A DNA stretch of 64,000 nt. Origin: Auanema rhodensis (taxonomy: Eukaryota; Animalia; Nematoda). A model generated the notes under the pieces. The model was not told the DNA's origin. It ran no database searches and saw only the letters and a list, made by a program, of their open reading frames with translations. The DNA lies in assembly GCA_964057225.1 (NCBI GenBank), contig OZ059898.1, positions 13,454,001 to 13,518,000 of the forward strand, written 5' to 3'. Made by a program: the position numbers and the translations under genes. Below, piece after piece: positions 25,201 through 37,651 of the stretch; positions within the stretch are counted from its first letter, which is position 1; every line of letters begins with the position of its first letter.

Positions 25201-25961
25201 ATTTGTTTAACGAAATTGGATAAGGAATCTGTTTTTAATTATGCGTCGGTTTGTATCTAATAGTTATAAATCCTAATTGTAGTTTTAAGGTTTGCACTTT
25301 GGCTTTGAAAAAAATTTACTTTAGACCTAAAGACTTGAAAAGAATGTTGCATCGACATGCTTTGAAACATGATTTAAGAGGTATTCTAAATGAGATCCAG
25401 TTTGCTCTGGTTGATCCCGTAAGTTTATCTCTAAACTTAGAAATACTAGTGATATTCTATTCTAGTCACTGCCTGTAGTATTCGAAAAGAGAAAATTCGA
25501 GCAGATTCCTGGTGATCTGAACTATGTACCTCGCGCTGTATATCCGGATATTCAGGAGTTCGTTAGGCAGAAGAAAATCCAGCATTTTCCTATCATACGA
25601 GATTTCTTGGTTTGTTATATTGCTTTTTAGATTTACTAGAGTTAATATGAATTTTCTTCAGCCTGATCATAGTCGACCACGGCGATACAATGTGTTATCT
25701 GTTATGATGCAGTCGCTTAATGTTCATTGTGCCCGTGATGTTGCTATAGATTACATCCCTATTCTGGTTCAAGTTGACAGAAGCGAGCATATAGCTATAA
25801 ATAGAAACAGAAGGTTTTGGTGAACATCCTCATTTTTGGTGATTTAAGAATATTTAAGGCATATGCATTATTTGAGTGAGGTAAAAGGACACACCCCTGC
25901 GATTGACAGTGATGGAAAGCTCAGGGAAAATATTCTTCTGTTCCAATTAAATGAAAAATAA
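22207..25961 (+). CDS. ATAD5: ATAD5/ELG1-like RFC-like complex large subunit (PCNA unloader, AAA+)
   Basis: Long K/E/S-rich N-terminus, then PWPQALEPTSA..LG (box II-like), Walker A IIVGPTGSGKS, KILEVHPGEMRNG..L...GACESQ, Walker B-like IIVVEDID, AKVPVIWTC, DLRGILNEIQF, and C-terminal DYIPILVQV...RRHMHYL resembling the ATAD5 C-terminus. Confidence 0.8.
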
Positions 25962-26402
25962 ATTATTTGAGATGCTCTATTCATTTGAAGTGCATTACTT
26001 AACATTTGTTATATACAATTTTATTGTTTTATTCACTTTTTTTAGTCTTTTCTATCATATTCATATTTGACCACTAGTTATTGTGTATATATATATATAT
26101 ATATAAATATAAGTAGGAGGCATATCCTGACTTCAAGATAATAAATGTTGTGGCTTCATTGCACTTGGTATATAATGGCACAGTTGGGGATTGAATCAAC
26201 CCTTTCAAAATTTTGTAAGAGTACGCAATTCGTGTTCACATTTTTTATCTCACGATTGTTTTGAGGATTCTGATATGCAAAAGCTGAATATTTAGCAATT
26301 TCAAATTTCTTCTCTTGTAGTTGGTACTATTCTCAAATTTGAAGAATATTCCCTATATTCAATTTATTTGTAGAATCTGTCCATGGAACCATTTGTAATA
26401 AA

Positions 26403-28297
26403 ATGTTATCAAAGAAATCTATATTAATACCCATAGGTTTATTCTTATTTATTTGGCTTTATATGTTTCATTATACCTTGCAGTATGAATACGACGAACA
26501 GGTACAGTATTAATTATATTTACGTGAGTATTCATGGAATTTAGATGAAAAGCAATGAGATTTATGAGCTTGAGGAACAAACAAAACTTCTTCAAAAATT
26601 GTTGACTAGAGAGAAGGAAGAGTTACAGCGTATGAAATTACTACTTAGTTCTTTTAAATTTAATAATAAGGTAAATAATATCATTCCCGTGTTTTTCATA
26701 AGCTTATATAGGACACATCCGTTCATAAATGGGAACATTCGGATCGAATTTGGCAAAAACCTATTCCAGTTTTGGTATTTTTATTGTTCATTCTGACTAA
26801 TATATTTAATCTAATTTCAGGTATTTGTATGTAATAGACCAGAAGCGGTAAAGAATCATGTGGAAAAACTTTTAAAGTAAAGATAAAGTATGAAAAAGAG
26901 GATAAACGTTTGTTTTCAGGTTCCGACCATCACAGGAACGTTTTCCTATTATAATTAGTCAAGATTGTGATAATGATGATGTTAAGAAGGTTGTTGAAAA
27001 GTTCGGTTCAAAAGTTGAATATATTAAAGTAATTGATTTTACATATTTGCTATTTAACTTATTTTCCATATTTCTAGCATATTAGTGGAGAAAAAGCTAA
27101 TATTAAAATACCTTCTCACCATCGAATGTATACTACTTATTATTATATTGCCAGACATTACAAGCTTGCATTACAACATGTTTTTGAAAAGAAAGGATTC
27201 TCTAGTGTTATCATTACCGAAGGTATCTCCTTAATCCTCTGGATCTTTCAGTGTTATTACTTTTGTTGTAGATGATCTTGACATAGCTCCCGATTTCTTC
27301 GAATATTTTGCGGGAACGCGCTATCTGCTGGAGAAAGACCCTCAGCTGTGGTGTGTTTCTGCCTGGAATGATAATGGAAAGGTTCATATTCCTACACAAA
27401 TCTCCTTTTTTACGTTTTTAAACAGATTTCTAACATTAATTCGAAAGCCGTATCAAAGCTGTATCGTAGTGATTTCTTCTCTGGATTAGGGTGGATGATA
27501 GCCAGGTAATAACAAATTATTTTGATCCTATCTTATAATTTTTTTATTTAAGAAGCACCTGGGATGAATTAGGATCTCTTTGGCCAGCTGGATTTTGGGA
27601 TGATTGGATGAGAGATCCATTACGCAGAAAGGTTTCATCTTCAATGTTTGATGTTTTGACAATATACTTTCTAGAATCGTCAATGTATTCGACCTGAAAT
27701 AAGCAGGACAGGGATGACAATGGAAGGAAAAAATGGAGCTAGCAAGTAAGTATATTGGTCGTTTTAGAGATCACAACAAATATTTTCTACAGGGGCCAGT
27801 TTTTTGGAAAACATCTTGCGAAGATAGTAGTTAATAAGAATTATGTGAATTTTACTGCATTAGATCTAGATTATCTTCTTCAAGTAAGTGCTTATTTCAA
27901 ATTGTATTATGTAGTTCTAATTGTAGGCAAATTATGATTCTGATTTCGAGAAGGAAGTTTTTGTGAATAGTAAACTGATGGATATAGATGAGGCTGTTTT
28001 ATTTACAAAAAACATTGAGAACCGTGATTCCATCATTCGTGTAGAATATAATGGAAACCTTGATTACATTAGAAAAGCTGACAAGTTGAATATAATGCAC
28101 GACTTCAAGGTTTGTAATCAACCTGTTCGTGATATATGAATTGAATTTTCTATTTGCAGGCTGGAGTTCCACGAACCGCTTATAAGGGTGTTGTCACCTG
28201 TTACCGGAATGGAGTTTGGATTCATTTGGCTCCCGATAGGAAAGTTATCAATGGTTATAATCCCTCATGGGAAGTACCATCTAACATTGTGGAATAA
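26403..28297 (+). CDS. MGAT1: Alpha-1,3-mannosyl-glycoprotein beta-1,2-N-acetylglucosaminyltransferase (GnT-I, GT13; gly-13/gly-14-like)
   Basis: Type II anchor and coiled-coil stem, then [82 protein letters not shown] and [15 protein letters not shown]. Confidence 0.96.
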
Positions 28298-28917
28298 ACA
28301 AATTGATACAACTATGTTGTTTTGGTTCGGGTACGTTTTCGTTATTTTCACTTTTCCCCAAGAATTATTGATCATTTTCATAACTTACATGCTCATTTAT
28401 TCTTTTTCTTTGCCACAAATTTCTTCTTGGGATAGCCCCATGTGATTGCTTCTATGCTCAGTCATTTGGGTATGACAATGCTGTTATGCCTTTGGTTTCT
28501 GGTCTTTCCTTTTTTGCCTTTTCTTCCTGTTAATCTCATATCATTAACTATTTTTATTTCCCAATTCCTAATTTGTCGCACACAATCTTTTAAAACACAT
28601 TCTAGTCAGCATGAAGTTTTTAACTAACATAAGTCTTGGTACATACAACATAATATGCATGAAATTTCTATAAAAAAAAAACAAAAATGTTTACAATAAT
28701 TTATTAAAAAAGCGATAAATGTCCTAGCTATCAGTATAAGCAAAGAGAACCCGACATCAGAGATACATAATATTAATTGGCATGTTGTAAAGATCTTTCC
28801 TTGAACCCGGGAATATTTGATTTGGTTAAGCATATGTCCATTCTTTTTTGTTGCAGAATTGGAAGAATAAGAGTAAGCTTTGACAATTGCTTGCTGCCCT
28901 TCAGAATCTTCTTCACG

Positions 28918-31662
28918 TTACATAATTATTGAATCTTCTTCACTCTTGCTGAAGATCTGTGGTGATTCGGCTCTCGGAGATGGCGATGGCATAAATCCAT
29001 TGTTGTTAGAGAAACTCGGTGACTACAAGTCAAATAATGTATCAATAGAGTCGATATGAAGAACTTACCGGTCCGCGAGAAGACCCCAGACTTGTCTTTA
29101 GCATCAATGGACTGTGCTCCGTCATTCGCGCTGATTCTGAAGGAGGTGTTCTAGCCGAGGAATCCATCACGCATGAGTCTAAAAGCATACCTATATTCAA
29201 TGTGAAGAAAAGAAAAATTTCTTACGCTGGTTAATCATTTCCGAACATTCAGTTAAGCGCAAAGCTGGTGGTAATGCAGTTGCTTGATGATTTCGGTTGG
29301 ACTTTCCATATCGTCTGTCAGATGATTGATGAAGCTGAAATAACTTTTTTTTGAAATTGTATACATGATGTACAGGGCTACCTGTCTATTTAATAAACCA
29401 TATAATATGAAATTTGAAGCTGAGTTAATATAAGGAAGAGCATGAACACCATACATAATATAAATATAACTGAATGTTGGTTCCGTCATTGTATATGGGT
29501 CGACTATTTCCTGATAAAGTGAATAAACGACAGATATCCAGTAAGGGGTCCTAAAGAAAATTTGAATAAGTATAAACCTCATTGAAATTGTATTATTGTT
29601 TTTTATTTTATAGAAAATAGAAGTAATACTAACCAACAAACGAAGTGAACGATACAAATTACGAGTGTATAGACAGCAATATGGCCTATGGGAATCTGCA
29701 AATAATTTGAAGTTAATCTTAGTGTATCAATATGCAATTAAGAAGTTAAAAAAGAGTACATTCAGAAGAGATAATGAGTGAATGTTTTCATAGCTTACCT
29801 TCTCCTCAACACCTTTTCGACGCCCATTGGTTAAAGTTTGTCGGACTGCCCTAGCTTGCTTGAAAAGCCTGATTAGCATACCATAATAGAAATAGATCAT
29901 CATAACTAGCGGTACTGCATATGCCTGCAAATATAAAAATTGTAATATTGTTAAGATTGTTGTAGTATGTTATATAAATGCAACCGATTAATAATTGTGC
30001 TCATAATAAAAATGAAAATATAACGTGACGACAAGTTGACGCGTATTTCACGTAATTGTCATTTCCATATGCAAATAAGTTTCAAAATGTATTATAAATA
30101 CTTAATAATCATAATTAAAATGAAACTAACCAAAACAAAACAATATAAAGTGAAGAATATAAACAGTTTATCTCCAAGATCATCGACGCATTTATATAAA
30201 TGCATTCTGGTTATCGTTTCTTGAGCCATATCAATTTTTTCATGAATGACAAGTTCCTGTAATAAGTTATATGATGGGTGTTAAACGAATGTTTCAATTT
30301 AATTCTACCTTTGAATGAGCATAAAGCAAAATAGGAAATAGCATAATGCATGTTAAACAAAACATTCCACCCAATAGCCAATATACGGTATTCTGACTTC
30401 GTACTCGTAGCTTAAATATTTCATTCAAGTTGCTACAGAAAAGAACAATTTCAAGTTTTAAACCTTTAATGGATGACACACTGCACAGTATCTGTCTATA
30501 CTGAAAGCCACCAAAATGAAGGTGGAAAAAATTTTGCCGATATGCTCAAGTAATCGAAAGAGTTTGCAGGCGAACGTACCGAACATCCAAAATCCAAGAA
30601 TCTGAAATGAAAATGAATGTATACATGTGGTAATGCTGTAATTGTGAACATGTTTTGAAAACTATTTTAAACTTTTAATGTTTTCAAACTATTTTTAATA
30701 TTAATAAAGTGCATATAAGGTTACTTTATAACATATTTTTAGTTATTTGCATATTATATTTCTACAAACTTGTATAATCAGTGTACTTCATTTAAGGTAA
30801 AACTCAGAATTACAAGCAAACACGAGTGAAAGGAAATGATTTTTGGGTGCCGAATATCGCTTTTTCCACATAATTACCAGAAATATTCTGACGCTACGGA
30901 AGAATAGAATCAGATTTTTCATCAGTTACATACAAGCCTTTTTGTTTTATTATTCAAATTATTTTAAATTGAAAGCTGTAATATGATTCAATATAATTGG
31001 AAATATTCTCAGAATTAGTCGAAGTAACAGATGAGCGGAAAAGAAAAATGACAATATACTACCATAGGGCAAAATTAAAATCATTTTTTTCAGTTCTTTG
31101 GTTGAAAAATTCAAAATATACATTTAACTGGAAGCATACCTGATCGATTATTGTCATTGGTAAGGGTAGCATACTTAAGAAATCCACAATGCAAAGAACA
31201 CAAATATATGTTAACGTTGTGTTATGTCGAGATCTAAAATCATTTTAGGTTGACAATCTAGTTTACAACTTTTTTTTGTTCAAGTTTATGTTCGTTTTGC
31301 TAAAAAGCAGCAGCAACATATATTCTCAGTAAATAAGCATAAACATAAGATAATTGGAAAATAAATGAATGGATTTACCTGGAATCGTTACTTTTCACAT
31401 GATAAACGACAGCCAGAATAGCAGCATTACCACATGATCCCAGCATAAAGAGTAAAGCATAGAATGCTGCTATGGCCATTAAGCTACTGTTGTCATGATT
31501 TGATAAGGGTAATGCATAAACAATTGAATACTGAAAAAAATAAGCTTGGTTATGAAAAGATGGATAATGCTATATGATACTCACATTTTGGTATATATCT
31601 CCTTGGGCATCTGGAGGAGCAATGCCATTCGGATGGCCGATCACATCAGCCGGTAAATCCAT
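28918..31662 (-). CDS. npr-29: Class A neuropeptide GPCR, somatostatin/opioid-like nematode clade (recalled as close to C. elegans ZC84.4/npr-29; symbol needs a search to confirm)
   Basis: TM1 FYALLFMLGSCGNAAIL, TM2 LCIVDFLSML, ILGFWMFG..ACKL, TM3 AFSIDRYCAVCHP, TM5 YAVPLVMMIYFY, TM6 FVCWTPYW and TM7 PYINSASNFILY. In-frame TAG immediately upstream of ATG 31662. Confidence 0.85.
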
Positions 31663-32199
31663 TGCGATCTAAGGTAGTGAAGAAACGGGTAGTTTCGGTC
31701 TGAGAATAGTGCTGGTACGGCGGCGGCAGCGGCAATGGCAGCAGCGTCGACAGCAGGACGAAAATCAAAATAACATCCTAAAACTACGAATAACAATATA
31801 AAAAATCTTGAGCTGATTGATATGACATATATGTATATAAACGAAGAAATCGAAGTAAAAGTATACATAGAATGATGATGATTATGATGATGAAAGATTA
31901 AAAAACTTTTTCTTGAAGGAGAACAGAACAATGACGGATTATACACCTAGTATAGATGATGAAGCAGTCTCTCTAAAGACAAATGCATTGTTAATACAAA
32001 TTTTTTGAAATGCCATTTATTGGTTTTTCAACGAAGGTTAAATTAGGTAACACAGGATTGCTATATAGAGAGAAGACGATGAACATTTGTTGCTTGATCT
32101 CATCAATGTTCATATTCTGAGCTTTACGTTAGCTCAAAAGGTTTGTCAATTTGCTTTCGCACTCAAGCATACAAAATACAGGAGAAATATGGACAATGT

Positions 32200-32695
32200 T
32201 TCAATTTGTTGGATCTTGAGAGACTGAGAGATAGAGAGGGAAAAGGATATAGAATGAAGTAACTGAAGAGAATGGAAGAATGAAAGAGATATACACACAA
32301 AGAAAAGAGAGAAATCGAGCAAGAGTGAGAGAGAAAAAGAGAGAAAAAAAAAAGAAAATTAAAGGGAAAGTTTGTTGGCTGGTGAGATCAAAGTCAAAAT
32401 AGTCTGAAACGATTCCAAATTCATTCTTTTTTTAATTGAAAGCGTACGCTTCAAGCATGTTTGTCAAGAGATGGAAGACGAATAACAAACAAATAGTAAA
32501 GAATATAAAAAAATCTTCAAAGAATCTTAGTCATTTGGCAAAAAAAAATTATGCCTTGTTGATTTATTAAAAGAATAATCATTTTTTCGGAAATTAATTT
32601 TTTATTTTTCTAGCTAACTTCTACGCTTATTAAGAAGCAGGAACGAAAAGAAAGAAGTGAATAAAAGAGAGTAAGAAAATTATAAAAAGAATAGA

Positions 32696-32731
<36 letters not shown>

Positions 32732-35097
32732 GGATAAAGGGAGGGACGAAAAGAATATTTTGAAATTAGGCTGAAACTTGTAAAACTTTAAAGGAAAGTT
32801 TTGAAAAAAAAACTTTATTATTTGAAAATATATTGATAAAAGAATTGAAGGTATATAGTATGAATTGAAAGTATCAAAAACATAAATTTCAAAAGTAAGC
32901 TTTATATGAAATTGAAAGAATGCATAGTGAAGCGAAAGATGAAAAAAAAATGCTTCGAATATAAGATTTTGAAGTTGTATAATCAATAGAAAATGACAGT
33001 TTATTATTAAAGATTTTGGTTATTTTGTTGCTATAGGAAGTAGTGAGTAGAGGTGAATGAGAGAGAGAGAGAGTGAGAGAGGAAATAGAGAGAGAGAAAT
33101 AGAGAGAGAAAGAAAGAGAGAAATCGGAATGGTATGATTTGTGTGAGGGATGAGGATAAATTGACATACAATCAGAAGTAGAGGAGAACTGATGATGCAT
33201 TGAAATGAAAGGAGGAAGAGAAGACGAAAAAGGAGAAGAAGAAGTAGTAGGAGAGTGAGTAGGAGGAGGAGGAGTAGGAGGTGCTGTTTCTGCTACTGCT
33301 ACCACAGCATAAAGTTGGAAGGGAGTGCAGCTTTCGAGGTGTGTATGTGTGTATGTGTATGTCTGTGTATATGTGTGTATGAGTGGTAGTAGAAGCAGCA
33401 GTAGTAGCAGAAGAAGTAGTAGTAGTAGTAGTAGTAGTAGCAGTAGTAGTAGTAGCAGTAGTAGTAGTAGAAGCTCAGTAATTGCCATAGTTGGCGCTGA
33501 TTTTCGTTTTCTTTTGTCTTTTTTTTAACAAGTTAAAATACATACATGTAAAAAATAAATTTTAAAATATTTAATAACGGTGAACGAATGTAGAAAGATA
33601 AGCTATCAGTTTCCAGCCGATAAAGATAGATTTAGCAATCAGATGATTAGCTTTGAGACAACAAATGGATTTTGCTGACGCAAATTAAACAGGAAATTTT
33701 GAAGCAGATTGAAGCTGGAGGTAGTAAAAAGAAAAGAACAATGTATCTGTTGTATGTTCACATCCGGACTTTTCAGGGCCTAAGCTTTTTTTTCTCGGAA
33801 CTGAGAAGTAAAAGCTGACTGAGCCAATTGAGATGAGAAGAGAAAAAACCATTAGAAGTAGCTGGTCAGCTTTGATTGTCTGTAAAACGAATAATTGGTC
33901 CAGCTTCAAGGTTTATCTCTTCTTCTTTACCGATGTTCTCGTGTAATCTTCGTTATTCTCGAGTATACATCATCCTATTCTATTGGCTAAACCTTATAAC
34001 CTTTTTTCTTTTTTCTCTGTCTCTCTTCACTTTCTCTTCTTCTTTTCACTCGCTCTATTTCTCTTTATCTCTTTCAGATGGTTTCTATGAGAGAGAAGAA
34101 CACCTTGATTTGATGAAGAGTAAGCTTATGGACCTATGAATACATTTTGATTTTCTTTCTTCTCAAACTGTGACATAACTCGTTCTTTTCTTCTTTTTTG
34201 TTACAAATTAGATTTTGATTTAGGATTGAATCGTCCACTTGCATGCAGCATAAAGATGTTCTACGTCCGAATAAGCAAGGATTCTTTCACCTTCAATGGA
34301 TGAATTAGTATCGAAGCAATAGTAATTCTTTCTATCTGTTTAACCGAGATGAATTAAGAGAGAGAGAGAGAGGGGGAGAAAGAGAGAGTGGGAGACAAAG
34401 GATCAATGGACCCACAAGGTAGAATGAAGAGATTAAATGAATTTCAATTCAACTCTTACGTATATCACATAGTATAAATGAGTATATGATAAATTAGCAG
34501 AAAATATAAGATGGCTTGAGAGATCGGGAAAATTCAGATTAAAAACCAAAAAATTTCCCAAAAAAACTCAATATTCGTATGAAAATGATACGGGAAGGTG
34601 AGGGAGTGTGAGAAAAATGCTGAAAAGCTGGGAGTTTTATTATAACAAAAACCTTTTCATTAGTCTTCGACTATTATTTGGTAGAAAGAAATATCGAACA
34701 TTAATCAATTCCCATTTGACTTGATAGTTAGTTCCCGTGATAGCTTTGACCTACTCTCTTATTCCTCTCTCTCTCTCTCGTCTTTTTCGATAACTTTCAT
34801 GTCTCCAGGGGGACTAAGAAAGCAAGAAACTTAGGACCACCTACACGTTCATGTACTCAATGTGAAGAGACATTGCAAATTCAGATGAAGTACTGGAAAT
34901 AGATCGTCTAATTTGCTCTTGATCTTTGACTTTTTCCCAAACGCTTTTTTTTTATTTTTACGTGAACTATATGTGAAATAATTCACACTTTTACTTTGAT
35001 TTTATTTTCGATTCGAACTTAGTATGTTACAGTTGACTATCGTTGCAGCAACAGTCTGATATTTCATTGCTTTTTCCCTCTTTTCTTTCTCTCTCTC

Positions 35098-35151
<54 letters not shown>

Positions 35152-37615
35152 TCTTTTTCTCTCTCTCACTCATATCAGCCTCCATCTATCGTCTGGGAAC
35201 TGTTTTTCTTTGCATTGTTCCGGCAAATCATTGCGCCTGGCAATGCTTGTGAGTATGTGTGTATGGGTGCTTCTTTCAAAGTTCACTTTCATTTGAACAA
35301 AATTTTTAAAAATGTGTTCTGTTTTCTCATCATCGTCATGATGATGATGATGATGATGATAGAAACATACACTACTTACACATAAATTCATATATAGAAG
35401 ATAGAGGATACATACAATGGGTCATAGAGTATACTAACAAATCTGAGAACATCAAGCATGGAAAACTAGATTGTTAATTGGCGTAGAAAAAGAAATTTTA
35501 AAATTCATTTTTCTAATAGTTCTAGATCAAATTACAAACTACGTTTTTAGTTTTTTTTTCAAAAAACTATTACGATTTTTGGAAGTATTTTTTAAACTTA
35601 AAAAAGTAACAATTGAAAAAAGTTTGTAATGAAAAAAAGTTTTTTTCAGAGTTATTGCCTGAATGATTTATCGAATTTATTTTTTTTTCAAAAATAACAT
35701 ACACAAAAAGGAAGAAAGACGTAATGTTGTAGGTGAAATAGACGCAAATTTCGTCCTGGAAAGTTGTTTGAACAAGAAGCTGCTGAATTATTTTCAAAAA
35801 AATAAACGATTTGTTGCTTTAAGTTTGGACACAAATTTTTTTTTGTAATTTTAGCACAAATGTTATGTGATAGAATATTAAAATAAAATATAAATAATAA
35901 TGAAACTACGATGACGACAAGAAAAAAAAATATTTGAAAGAGCAATATTCATATTTTGAAACAAAAGCAGTTGAAGCTGTTTTATTCTTAAAAATTTGCT
36001 GGAGATTATTTGAACATGGGAAAAAAATAAAAATTTTGAAAAAAATATGTTCAGAAAGCTGTGATGGGATAAAACTCAATAATTGAGGAATGTGTGGGTG
36101 AAAGAGAGAGGGATAGAGAGAGAGATAGAGAGAGATAGAGAAAGAGAGAATGGTGAGGTAGAAATGGAGGGAAAAAAGAGGTGAACGATCCAATGTTGTG
36201 CTTTTGATGTGACATGTACGTTGCTCACTAGTTTGTTGCAACAAGCTTCAGTTTTAATCAAAGATTTGAAAGAAAGAGAAGACTTTTAGAGGATAGAACT
36301 ATGATGTGTGTATGTGTATTGAGAGAGAAAGGGCAAAACTATCAGGTTTTTTCCAATTTTCATTTAGATAACAAGAAAAGCAACCAAAAAAATGATGAAA
36401 AAAGCTGTTGAAATAGATGAATGGAAGGGTAAAAAAATCAGAAAAGTTCAAATGAAGTGAAAAGAGAAGAAGAAGAAGGAAAACAGACGTAGCAAAGATG
36501 ACAAAAGATCAAGATATTTTCAAATTATAGTACTAACAGCAGTAGCTGAAGCAGTAACATGAGTTAGGATAATGAAAATTATTGGAAAGAAATACAGATA
36601 GAGGCGGAAAACGATTTTTCTTCTTCTCATAATCAAACGAAAAGCTGAAATGAATTTAGGATGGAACGAATTCTCTAGAAAATCTGCTGACAATAGGATG
36701 AATATTGGTTGAAGATGATTAAAAATTTTGACAAAGACGGCACAGGATGCATTGGACGTTCGAATTACACTGATTTTCCAGAAAAAAATTAGGGGCAATT
36801 TCAAGAAAACAAATTATTTTATGGAAAGAGCCATTTTCAGCTGAAATGATGTCAGAATAAGCAATTTTTCCGAAAAAAATTTGCAAGAATTGAGAAGTAA
36901 CAGAGACAGGACATAGTAGTTGTTGAAGAAAATGATGAGGACGTGCATCGTCTTCGTCCTCGTCGTCATTGACACCAACACCAACTTCTATATAACTCTT
37001 CCTATTCCTTTTACTCGCTTCCGCGTCTTCTTCTTCTCTCTCTTTCTCTGTCTCTCTTTCTCTTTCTATTTCTCTCTCTCTCTTTCTTTTTCTTTCTCTC
37101 TTTTTCTCTCTTAGTGGTTTGTTTAGAATGAAAGCCATCTCTCTCCCCCCCCAAAACCCAAAAAATATAAATAACGCCATTCAACAACTTCTATTAGAAC
37201 TTATTATGATTTAGCTTATAGTCCGATAATGAAATTGAAATATTTGATAAATTTTTAATGTGAAATTAAAGAAAAAGAAATGAAAATTGAAGATTCGCGA
37301 AAATGAAAAAGCATTTATGAATTAGCAGACAATGAAAAGGATTAAGAGAGTTGAGAGATCATATTAACTATGTCTAGACTTCACTATACATAGTTATAAT
37401 AGAATATATAGTTAAGTTGAATAGAATAAAATATTTATATATATATATATATATATATTTGTATTTTGATTTCAAAGTTCAAAATAACAAAACTATAATT
37501 TGAAGATTTATGATAATCCAATGAGAATAGAAGGATACTTTGGGTGTAGGGGGGGGAGGTGAGGAACAAGAACATGCATATGAAGTTCCAACTAGTCTTA
37601 TATGAAAAAACATAT

Positions 37616-37651
<36 letters not shown>

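Noticed and set aside
29390-29430. NFxxY instead of NPxxY in GPCR TM7
   Set aside because: As recalled, this substitution is shared with the C. elegans relative, so it is a clade feature rather than a novelty here.
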